Of a DNA stretch of 64,000 nucleotides, positions 41,476 through 50,006 are shown piece by piece; position 1 is the first letter of the stretch; each line of letters begins with the position of its first letter. The position numbers and the translations under genes are program-made. The notes below the pieces were generated by a model. It saw only the letters and a program-made list of their open reading frames with translations, had not been told where the DNA came from and did no database searches. The stretch covers positions 2,523-66,522 of the forward strand of contig CALXTD010000005.1 of NCBI GenBank assembly GCA_944391315.1. Direction: 5' to 3'. This DNA is from an uncultured Alphaproteobacteria bacterium. GTDB taxonomy: Bacteria > Pseudomonadota > Alphaproteobacteria > RF32 > CAG-239.

Positions 41476-42609
41476 TTAAGCGAACCAACGATTAATAAGT
41501 CTGGCAACATCATTCCATGTTGCATAAATCATCAATGCCATAATCAAAACAAAGCCTGAGCGAAACAGTGCTTCTTTAAAAGACGGGCTGAGCTCTCTTC
41601 TGGCCACCATTTCCAAAAAGCAGATAACGATATGTCCACCATCCAACAACGGAATTGGAAACAGGTTAATAAGCCCGAGGTTAATAGAAAGCAAGGCCAT
41701 AAAGACCACAAAGTCGATCCATCCGCTTTGCTTAGAAATATCACCGGACAACTCAGCAATACGAATAATACCGCCCACATCTTCACCGCCGCGTTTTCCG
41801 GTCAACATCTGACCAACACCACGAAGTGTCGCAACCGTAATATCCCAAGTTTCAACCGAAGCATCACGAACAGCCTCCGCCAAAGACAACGGTTCTTGGC
41901 CAAGCTCAACCACATTAACCGACTTAATCCCCAGCATCGGACGCACATTCTCAGAATTTTCACCTTCGGAAGCATCAATTTTTTCCAAAACAAAGTTCAG
42001 TGTTTTAACCGCATCACCGCGTTGAACAACAACCTCAACCTTGCCGTCAACAGCCAAATCAACTTCATAACGAATGTCATTAAAGTCTTTTATCTTTTTG
42101 CCATTAATCTCAAGAATTCTGTCATCTTTGAGAATACCGGCCTTCTCTGCCGCTCCACCGGAAATAACTTCACCAACAACCGGAGGAAACGTCATTTTGC
42201 CAAAGCTCCAAAAGATAGCGGCAAAAACCAAAATAGCAAACAAATAGTTAGCTGCCGGTCCTGCCAGCGCAATCAAAATTCGGCGAGACGGCGGCATAAG
42301 CTGAAAAACATGCTTTTTCTCTTCGTCAGATAAACTGTTCAGCTTTTCCGATTCGGAAACAGAAGAAGCATCTTCATCACCAAAAAACTTGCAATATCCG
42401 CCCAAAGGAACAGCGCAAACTTTCCATCTTGTCCCCTTCTTATCATTACGCCCCCACAGCTCCTTACCAAAGCCAAGGGAGAACTCATCAACCTTCACAC
42501 CCAAGGCTCTAGCCACAAGAAAATGCCCGAGCTCATGAACAAAAACAAGCACACCGAGCAGAACAACAAACGGAACAATATAGTAAAGAATATTGCTGAT
42601 AATTTCCAT
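41476..42609 (-). CDS. rseP: RIP zinc metalloprotease RseP (M50, with PDZ)
   Basis: HELGHFLVA, a PDZ segment, and NLFPIPLLDGGH. Confidence 0.9.
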   Translation of the reverse strand: MEIISNILYYIVPFVVLLGVLVFVHELGHFLVARALGVKVDEFSLGFGKELWGRNDKKGTRWKVCAVPLGGYCKFFGDEDASSVSESEKLNSLSDEEKKHVFQLMPPSRRILIALAGPAANYLFAILVFAAIFWSFGKMTFPPVVGEVISGGAAEKAGILKDDRILEINGKKIKDFNDIRYEVDLAVDGKVEVVVQRGDAVKTLNFVLEKIDASEGENSENVRPMLGIKSVNVVELGQEPLSLAEAVRDASVETWDITVATLRGVGQMLTGKRGGEDVGGIIRIAELSGDISKQSGWIDFVVFMALLSINLGLINLFPIPLLDGGHIVICFLEMVARRELSPSFKEALFRSGFVLIMALMIYATWNDVARLINRWFA

Positions 42610-42616
42610 AACCTAA

Positions 42617-43411
42617 CTATCCTACCATAACAAAGAACACAACAAAACCGACAATAGCAAAAGGCGCAGCAAAAATAAGCCCATCGACACGATCAAAAAT
42701 TCCGCCATGTCCGGGGATTAAATCGCTTGAATCTTTCAAATTCAAATGACGCTTAATTTTTGATTCAATTAAATCACCACATTGAGCAATAACAGCCAAC
42801 AAACCTGCAAATGCAGCAAAGTAAGGAGCAAAATTAATTCCTAATGCAACAAAATAAACATAAGAAACAATTGCAGACACACATACACCGCCAATTAAAC
42901 CGGACCAAGTCTTGTTCGGACTGATTGAAGGCGCAAGCTTTGGCCCTTTAACGGTTGTCCCCACGATGAAGGCACCGACATCAACACCCCAAACAATAAG
43001 CACAAACCAAATAAGCAACAAGCTGTTTGTTAAAGCAAAAAACCAAACCAAAGAACCGATTCCTAAAGAAATATAGGGAACCCCCAAAACCAATAAAGCT
43101 CGATGCTCTTCACCTTTTGATTTAATTGCAACAATAATGGTCGCAATTGCCATAACTGCCAAAGTTAAGAAAATAAACTCAGCCGGCATCATACAAATCA
43201 CAACCACAGAAGATGTATAAGCTGCGGCATACAAAGCATTTTTCTTATTTGGCACCATTGTAGCCCATTCCCAAGAAAGAAGCGTTCCGCACAAAATAGC
43301 AAACAGATTTACAAACGGGGCTCCAAGAAAAAGCAAAAACAGCGTCACCGGCGCCAATATAACCGAAGAAACGGCACGTTTAATCAAAGAGCTTTTTTTA
43401 GACTTTTCCAT
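42617..43411 (-). CDS. cdsA: phosphatidate cytidylyltransferase
   Basis: The C-terminal SKIKRHLNLKDSSDLIPGHGGIFDRVDG signature. I use the ATG at 43411 with a GGAGAG RBS instead of the TTG at 43432. Confidence 0.88.
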   Translation of the reverse strand: MEKSKKSSLIKRAVSSVILAPVTLFLLFLGAPFVNLFAILCGTLLSWEWATMVPNKKNALYAAAYTSSVVVICMMPAEFIFLTLAVMAIATIIVAIKSKGEEHRALLVLGVPYISLGIGSLVWFFALTNSLLLIWFVLIVWGVDVGAFIVGTTVKGPKLAPSISPNKTWSGLIGGVCVSAIVSYVYFVALGINFAPYFAAFAGLLAVIAQCGDLIESKIKRHLNLKDSSDLIPGHGGIFDRVDGLIFAAPFAIVGFVVFFVMVG

Positions 43412-44108
43412 ATCTTCTCTCCCGAGAACCAAAATTCTCTATAATTTCATCAAGTTCTTGTGCAGTAAAATCAGGCCATAAAGTCGAGCTGAAAAACAAT
43501 TCGGCATAAGCCACCTGCCACAACAAAAAATTACTGATTCGCTGTTCACCGCTGGTTCTGATGAGCAAATCCGGATCAGACATATCTTGCGTATAGAGCA
43601 TATCAGAAAACAATTTAATATCAACATCACTTTCTGACATATCACCTTTTTTTACTAAAGCTGCAATTTTTTTAGCTGCATTAACTATTTCATGACGTCC
43701 GCCATAACTGATAGCCAGACACAAAACCATTCCGGTATTTTGCGCGGTATCATTCTCAAGCTTAGCAATCTGAGCCACAATATCCTTATCAAGCATATTG
43801 CGCTCACCGATAACGCGAATTCGAATATTATTCTTCTGCAGCTCAGAAAAATCAGATTTCAAATACTGACGCAACAACCCCATAAGAGTATCAACTTCAT
43901 CTTTAGGGCGATTCCAATTTTCGGTCGAAAAAGCATAAAGCGTCAAAAACTTAATACCGCGTTTATTCGCCTCCTGAGCAATCTCTTTAACAACTTCCGC
44001 ACCTTTTTTATGGCCGGCAGCACGAGGAAGATTGCGCTTCTGCGCCCAACGCCCATTACCGTCCATAATAATGGCAATATGTTCTAAACTATTTTTTTTC
44101 TCAGACAT
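43398..44108 (-). CDS. uppS: undecaprenyl diphosphate synthase
   Basis: HIAIIMDGNGRWA and RTSGEQRISNFLLWQ. Confidence 0.93.
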   Translation of the reverse strand: MSEKKNSLEHIAIIMDGNGRWAQKRNLPRAAGHKKGAEVVKEIAQEANKRGIKFLTLYAFSTENWNRPKDEVDTLMGLLRQYLKSDFSELQKNNIRIRVIGERNMLDKDIVAQIAKLENDTAQNTGMVLCLAISYGGRHEIVNAAKKIAALVKKGDMSESDVDIKLFSDMLYTQDMSDPDLLIRTSGEQRISNFLLWQVAYAELFFSSTLWPDFTAQELDEIIENFGSRERRYGKV

Positions 44109-44140
44109 TAATCAATAATAAAAAAATTTTTTTCAGGTTA

Positions 44141-44174
44141 CAACAAAAGCGGCAAAGGCCCAAAGGCCTGCCGC
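44141..44174 (-). terminator. possible terminator after frr
   Basis: On the minus strand: gcggcaggcc-tttg-ggcctttgccgc followed by ttttgttg. The stem is imperfect. Confidence 0.4.
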
Positions 44175-44190
44175 CATCAATCTAAAAGAA

Positions 44191-44754
44191 CTACACTTGC
44201 AAAATATCTTTTTCTTTCTGAGCCAAAAGCTCTTCAATTTTCTTAACGGCTTCATCCGTAAGCTTTTGGATTTCACCTTCAAAACGCTTTTCATCATCTT
44301 CAGAAATAGCGTTATCTTTTTTAAGTTTTTTAATTTCATCAAGCGCTTCACGACGCAGATTGCGAACAGCAACTTTGTTGTTTTCAGCATATTTACCGGC
44401 CACTTTTGTAAGCTCTTTGCGGCGCTCTTCGCTAAGTGGCGGAATAGGAATACGAATAAGCTGTCCGTCTGATGCCGGATTAAGCCCCAAGTCCGATTCC
44501 ATAATGGCTTTTTCCACAGCCTTAGCCAAACCTCTGTCCCAAACTGAAATTGATAAAGTTCTTGCATCGGGCACACTGATTGTCCCGACCTGAGAAAGCG
44601 GCGTCATGCTGCCATAAGCTTCGACCATAATTCCATCTAACAGACTAACATGAGCCCTTCCGGCACGCAACCCACCAAAATCAGACTTCAAAGAGTCAAT
44701 TGTTTTATCCATTTTTGCTTTTGTTTCAGACTTAATTTGATTAAAATCAGACAT
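44191..44754 (-). CDS. frr: ribosome recycling factor
   Basis: 187 aa, LRAGRAHVSLLDGI...PIPPLSEERRKEL. Confidence 0.95.
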   Translation of the reverse strand: MSDFNQIKSETKAKMDKTIDSLKSDFGGLRAGRAHVSLLDGIMVEAYGSMTPLSQVGTISVPDARTLSISVWDRGLAKAVEKAIMESDLGLNPASDGQLIRIPIPPLSEERRKELTKVAGKYAENNKVAVRNLRREALDEIKKLKKDNAISEDDEKRFEGEIQKLTDEAVKKIEELLAQKEKDILQV

Positions 44755-44848
44755 GAGGTTAACACCCTATAAAAAAGTTTACGTTGATTACAATAATATT
44801 TATTTTAGCGCCTTTGGCAAGAAGTTTTTAAACCACGCGGAAAAAAGC

Positions 44849-45559
44849 CTATTTAATGACTGTGAAATTCCCCTTTCCTGCCAACACTTTTTGCAAAGCA
44901 TTTTTTTCATGCTGAGAAAACACGATGATTGGGAGTTTATTTTCACGAGCCATGGCAATGGCGGTCAAATCCATCACACCGAGCCGCTTTTCAATAACCT
45001 CGTTATAAGAGATTTCATCAAACTTTTTAGCTTTTGGATTTTTCAACGGATCGGAATCATACACCCCATCAACTTGTGTAGATTTAAGCAATGCATCACA
45101 GTCCATCTCCGAAGCTCTGAGCACCGCACCGGTATCTGTCGTAAAAAACGGATTACCGGTACCACCGGCAAAAATCACGATTCGTTTTTTCTCCAGATGA
45201 CGCTTTGCGCGGCGATAACGATAGCTTTCGCACACTTGCGGAATTTCCAACCCCGAAAGCACTCTGACATCAAGCCCCATATTTTCCATAACATTTTGCA
45301 AATAAACAGCATTCATAACCGTTGCCATCATGCCGATATAATCGCCGACCGTGCGCTTAATTCCCTTAGATGCCTCTTTCACGCCGCGAAAGATATTTCC
45401 GCCGCCGACCACAATACAAACCTCAACACCGGCCTCATAAACTTCTTTAATCTGCGTCGCCACTTTTTTAACCGCATCTACCGAAATCCCATAGGCGCCA
45501 TCACCCATAAGCCCTTCGCCAGAAACCTTAATCAGCACGCGTTTATAAATTGATTTCAT
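44849..45559 (-). CDS. pyrH: UMP kinase
   Basis: [14 protein letters not shown] use the ATG at 45559 with an AGGAGAAGG RBS; the track start at 45673 is an upstream TTG. Confidence 0.92.
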   Translation of the reverse strand: MKSIYKRVLIKVSGEGLMGDGAYGISVDAVKKVATQIKEVYEAGVEVCIVVGGGNIFRGVKEASKGIKRTVGDYIGMMATVMNAVYLQNVMENMGLDVRVLSGLEIPQVCESYRYRRAKRHLEKKRIVIFAGGTGNPFFTTDTGAVLRASEMDCDALLKSTQVDGVYDSDPLKNPKAKKFDEISYNEVIEKRLGVMDLTAIAMARENKLPIIVFSQHEKNALQKVLAGKGNFTVIK

Positions 45560-45730
45560 GAACCTTCTCCTTGCATTCCGCCCCAAAACTTTTGCTAATA
45601 ATATAAAATAAAATTTTCTAAAGTCAAAGTCATTATCGGCACCATACACAAACCCGCAAAGAGATTCTTGCAAAAGAAAATAAATTGTGCAATAACAAAC
45701 AAAAGTTTAATTATCTTCAAGGAAAATATC

Positions 45731-46375
45731 ATGAGCATATCAGTTATATTCGGTTTATCGGCACTCGGCGGATATTTATTGGGTTCGATTCCGTTCGGAC
45801 TGGTTTTAACCAAAATGTGCGGTCTTGGCGACATCCGCAAAATCGGCTCCGGCAACATCGGCGCCACCAATGTTCTGCGCACCGGACGCAAAGACCTTGC
45901 CCTGTTAACCGTATTGCTTGATGCTTTCAAAGCCGGTATTGCCGCTTGGGTTGCCACAACCTTTGCACCGGATTCTTTTTACAGCTTTTTTGGATACATC
46001 ACCACAACCAATATCGTAGCTGGATTAATCGCCGGCATCTGCGGTTTTCTCGGACACAACTTCCCGATTTGGCTAAAGTTTAAAGGTGGCAAAGGCGTCT
46101 CTTCTGCTTTTGGTTTTATCTTATTCACTTATTGGCCTTTGGCTTTGGTTGCGCTTGGCGTTTGGTTGATTGTTGCCTTCACCAGTCGCTACTCATCTTT
46201 GTCAGCCTTAACCGCTTGCGCCTGCGTTCCGTTTTTTTCTTTCTTTATGACCGATCCGGTACATACCGGCTTTTACACCATTATGGCGCTGATAATCATT
46301 CTCAGACATCATGCAAATATATATCGCCTTCTGCATGGTGAAGAAAGCAAAATTTCATTTAAGAAAAAAGCCTAA
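45731..46375 (+). CDS. plsY: glycerol-3-phosphate acyltransferase PlsY
   Basis: GSIPFG...GDIRKIGSGNIGATNVLRTG. I use the ATG at 45731 with an AAGGA RBS; the track start is an upstream TTG. Confidence 0.9.
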   Translation: MSISVIFGLSALGGYLLGSIPFGLVLTKMCGLGDIRKIGSGNIGATNVLRTGRKDLALLTVLLDAFKAGIAAWVATTFAPDSFYSFFGYITTTNIVAGLIAGICGFLGHNFPIWLKFKGGKGVSSAFGFILFTYWPLALVALGVWLIVAFTSRYSSLSALTACACVPFFSFFMTDPVHTGFYTIMALIIILRHHANIYRLLHGEESKISFKKKA

Positions 46376-47490
46376 TGATTACAGATAAGGAACGCATCGC
46401 CCAACTTCGCTTAATCAACACCGAAAACATCGGTGCAGTAACTTATCACAAATTAATAAAACATTTCGGCAGCGCGGAAAAAGCCCTTGAAAACCTTCCT
46501 CCGCGCTTTACCCCTTTTGCCAAAGACAAAGCCGAAGCCGAGCTTAAAAAAGCGCATAAAATCGGCTGCCACATCATCAGCTATGACGATGAAACCTATC
46601 CACAAATGCTGAAACACATTGCCGACGCCCCGCCGATTATTTATGCCTTGGGCAATATTGAGCTGCTAAATCACACCCCTTCCGTAGCAATAGTCGGCTC
46701 CAGAAACGCAACAGTAAACGGCCGCAAAATGGCCTCCAGAATTGCCTATGAGCTAACCGAAGAAAACGTCATCGTTGTTTCCGGCATGGCGCGAGGTATC
46801 GATTCGTCTGCCCACAAAGGCGCATTATATGCCAAAGGCCAGCAAGGCGCGACCATCGCAGTTTTAGGCACCGGCATAGATATTGTTTATCCTGAAGAAA
46901 ATTCAGACCTTTACCAACAAATCGTCAAACAAGGTTTGATTATTTCCGAATTCCCGCTGGGAATCACACCGCAAGCCCAAAACTTTCCGCGCCGCAACCG
47001 CATTGTCGCCGGCATAAGCTCGGGCACTTTGGTGGTTGAGGCAAACTTGCAGTCAGGATCACTGATTACCGCCCGCTTAGCCTTAGAACAAAATCGCGAT
47101 GTTTTTGCCGTCCCCGGATCTCCGCTGGAATCTCGCTCAAGCGGCACGAATAAACTGATTAAAGAAGGCGCGATTTTGGTTGACAGTGCCGAAGATATCT
47201 TGCCTCACTTATCCAAACCTCTTCGCCCTCTGCCGCAAAAACAAACACCCCCAGAACAAGAATTATTTGATAATCTCCTTGACAAAGACAAAAATAATGT
47301 CGATATTCCTCAAGAGCAAGAAGGCGAAAATCTTCTGGATTATCTGAGTCGAGACGGAACATATATAGATGACCTCCTCCGCCAAAGCAGCTTAGATTCG
47401 GGCACTTTATCGGCAAAATTGCTTGATTTAGAGCTTGAAGGAAAGATAGAGCGTCTTCCGGGCAACAAAGTAGCATTATTAAAGAAATAA
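46375..47490 (+). CDS. dprA: DNA processing protein DprA (Smf)
   Basis: VAIVGSRNAT...VVSGMARGIDSSAHKGAL...FPRRNRIVAG. Confidence 0.9.
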   Translation: MITDKERIAQLRLINTENIGAVTYHKLIKHFGSAEKALENLPPRFTPFAKDKAEAELKKAHKIGCHIISYDDETYPQMLKHIADAPPIIYALGNIELLNHTPSVAIVGSRNATVNGRKMASRIAYELTEENVIVVSGMARGIDSSAHKGALYAKGQQGATIAVLGTGIDIVYPEENSDLYQQIVKQGLIISEFPLGITPQAQNFPRRNRIVAGISSGTLVVEANLQSGSLITARLALEQNRDVFAVPGSPLESRSSGTNKLIKEGAILVDSAEDILPHLSKPLRPLPQKQTPPEQELFDNLLDKDKNNVDIPQEQEGENLLDYLSRDGTYIDDLLRQSSLDSGTLSAKLLDLELEGKIERLPGNKVALLKK

Positions 47491-47504
47491 GTGGAAAAAG
47501 AGCC

Positions 47505-49967
47505 ATGAAATTAGTTATCGTAGAGTCTCCTGCCAAAGCCAAAACCATTAACAAATACCTTGGTTCAGACTATAAGGTTCTGGCAAGCTTCGGCCATATC
47601 AGAGATTTGCCGAGCAAAGACGGCTCGGTTGATCCGGATCATGACTTTGCCATGAAATGGGAACTAAGCCCCGGAGGCAAAAAGCGCCTTGCAGACATCA
47701 TTAAAGCCGTAAAAGAATGTGACACGATTGTACTGGCATCAGACCCGGATAGAGAGGGAGAAGCAATCGCATGGCATATTTTAGAAGAACTGCACGCTCA
47801 TAAGGTTTTGAAAGATAAAAAAATAGAGCGCGTTGTCTTCCACGAAATCACCAAACATGCTGTCACTGACGCAATTAAAAACCCAAGAAGCATTGATGAT
47901 AATTTAGTATCGGCTTACATGGCACGCCGCGCACTTGATTATCTGGTAGGATTTACCTTATCACCGGTTTTGTGGCGCAAGTTGCCGGGCTCAAAATCGG
48001 CCGGCCGCGTCCAGTCAGTTGCCTTGAGACTGATTTGCGACCGCGAAACTGAGATTGAAAAATTCAAGCCCGAAGAATATTGGAGCATTGACGTTGATTT
48101 ATTGACCGCCAAACAAGCTCTGATAACTTCGCATTTAATCCAGCTTGACGGCAAAAAGCTCGAGAAATTTGACATTCCAAACCAAACCTCCGCCGAAGAA
48201 GCCAAGGCTAAGATTGAGGCACAAGAATTCAGCGTTGCCTCGATTGAAAGAAAGAAGGCCAACCGCTATCCGGCACCGCCGTTCACCACCTCAACCCTGC
48301 AGCAAGAAGCCGCGCGTAAGCTCCGTTTCTCAGCCAAGAAAACCATGCAGATTGCGCAAAAGCTTTACGAAGCCGGTTTGATAACTTATATGAGAACCGA
48401 CGCGGTCAATCTGTCTGAAGAAGCAATTGCCGCCTGCCGTGAAGCGATTACCAAATACTTTGGCCCTGATTATCTTCCAAAACAAGCCAAAGAATATAAA
48501 ACCAAGAGCAAAAACGCCCAAGAAGCTCACGAGGCAATTCGTCCGTCTGATGTCATGAACACCCCCAAAAAGATGGAAGGAAAACTTGACCCTGACGGCT
48601 ATAAGCTTTATGAACTGATTTGGAAGCGTACGATTGCCTGCCAGATGAATCCAGCAATTTTGGATAAAGTCAGCATTGACTTTAATTCTGATGATAAACA
48701 AATTGTTTTAAGAGCCAGCGGACAAGTCATTGCCTTTGACGGATTCTTGCGTTTGTACCAAGAAAGCAAAGATGACGATAACGAAGATGAAGAAAACCGC
48801 ATTTTGCCAAAGGTTGATGAAGGCGAACGCATGACCAAAGGTGAAATTCGCGCTGATCAACACTTCACCACCCCGCCACCGAGATTTACCGAAGCTAGTC
48901 TGGTTAAAAAGCTTGAGGAATTAGGCATCGGACGTCCGTCAACTTATGCGACGATTATTTCGGTTTTGCAAGAGCGCAAATATGTAAGAGTTGAAAAATT
49001 GAGATTTATACCGGAAGACCGTGGCCGCATTGTGACCGTGTTCTTAGAAAACTTCTTCCGCAAATATGTTGAATATGACTTCACCGCACAGCTGGAAGAA
49101 TTTTTAGATGACATCTCCGCCGGTGAAATGGAATGGAAAAAGCTTTTGAGCGGTTTTTGGGCCAAGTTTATCAAAAACATTGACGCAGTAAAACCATTAC
49201 AAATCACCGAGGTTATTGACCGCATTGATGAGGCTTTGTCGCATCACCTGTTCCCGCCGCGTGAAGACGGCAGCGACCCACGCTCCTGCCCAATGTGCGG
49301 ACAAGGCAAATTGAGCGTTAAGTTTGGTAAATTCGGCGCCTTTATCGGCTGCTCAAATTATCCGGAATGCAAATACACCAAACCTTTGACCGATGTCAAA
49401 GACGAGGAAGAAAAAGACACACCGCGTCCGGCCTCTGCCGAAGACAAAGAATTGGGCGAAATGAATGGCTTAAAAATATATCTTAAGAAAGGCCCTTACG
49501 GTTTTTACGTCCAGTTAGGTGAAGACGCCACGGCCACAACCGAAAAACCCAAACGTGCCTCGCTGCCCAAAAACATCACGGCAGAAGAAATCACCTTGGA
49601 ACAAGCCCAAAGATTATTGAGCATGCCTTTTGATTTAGGCGAAGGAATAATCGTCAGCAGCGGCAAATTCGGCCCTTACATCAAACAGGGAAACAAGTCA
49701 AAATCCCTAACCGGAACCGATACGATATTTAATATCACGCTGGAACGCGCTAAAGAGATTTTATCCGGCGCGGTTGAACGTCCGGCCGGTGTTGCCCTTG
49801 GCACCCACCCGAAGTTAAAGGCCGAAATCACATTGAACAACGGGCGCTACGGCCCTTACCTCAAATGCGGCAAGAGCAACTTCGCAATTCCGAAAGATAT
49901 GCAGGGCAAACCCTTGAGCTTGGAAGACGCTCTTAAGATCATCGACGCCAAACAAACGGCAAAATAG
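47505..49967 (+). CDS. topA: DNA topoisomerase I
   Basis: Toprim N-terminus KLVIVESPAKAKTI, a catalytic-Tyr region, and the C-terminal zinc ribbon CPMCGQGKL...CSNYPECKY. Confidence 0.96.
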   Translation: MKLVIVESPAKAKTINKYLGSDYKVLASFGHIRDLPSKDGSVDPDHDFAMKWELSPGGKKRLADIIKAVKECDTIVLASDPDREGEAIAWHILEELHAHKVLKDKKIERVVFHEITKHAVTDAIKNPRSIDDNLVSAYMARRALDYLVGFTLSPVLWRKLPGSKSAGRVQSVALRLICDRETEIEKFKPEEYWSIDVDLLTAKQALITSHLIQLDGKKLEKFDIPNQTSAEEAKAKIEAQEFSVASIERKKANRYPAPPFTTSTLQQEAARKLRFSAKKTMQIAQKLYEAGLITYMRTDAVNLSEEAIAACREAITKYFGPDYLPKQAKEYKTKSKNAQEAHEAIRPSDVMNTPKKMEGKLDPDGYKLYELIWKRTIACQMNPAILDKVSIDFNSDDKQIVLRASGQVIAFDGFLRLYQESKDDDNEDEENRILPKVDEGERMTKGEIRADQHFTTPPPRFTEASLVKKLEELGIGRPSTYATIISVLQERKYVRVEKLRFIPEDRGRIVTVFLENFFRKYVEYDFTAQLEEFLDDISAGEMEWKKLLSGFWAKFIKNIDAVKPLQITEVIDRIDEALSHHLFPPREDGSDPRSCPMCGQGKLSVKFGKFGAFIGCSNYPECKYTKPLTDVKDEEEKDTPRPASAEDKELGEMNGLKIYLKKGPYGFYVQLGEDATATTEKPKRASLPKNITAEEITLEQAQRLLSMPFDLGEGIIVSSGKFGPYIKQGNKSKSLTGTDTIFNITLERAKEILSGAVERPAGVALGTHPKLKAEITLNNGRYGPYLKCGKSNFAIPKDMQGKPLSLEDALKIIDAKQTAK

Positions 49968-49996
49968 AAAAAAACCTCGCGAAATGCGAGGTTTTT
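49968..49996. terminator. bidirectional terminator shared by topA and the convergent 713-aa Cys-rich gene
   Basis: aaaacctcgc-gaaat-gcgaggtttt, a 10-bp stem flanked by an A-run and a T-run. Confidence 0.65.
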
Positions 49997-50006
49997 CAAA
50001 ATTCTG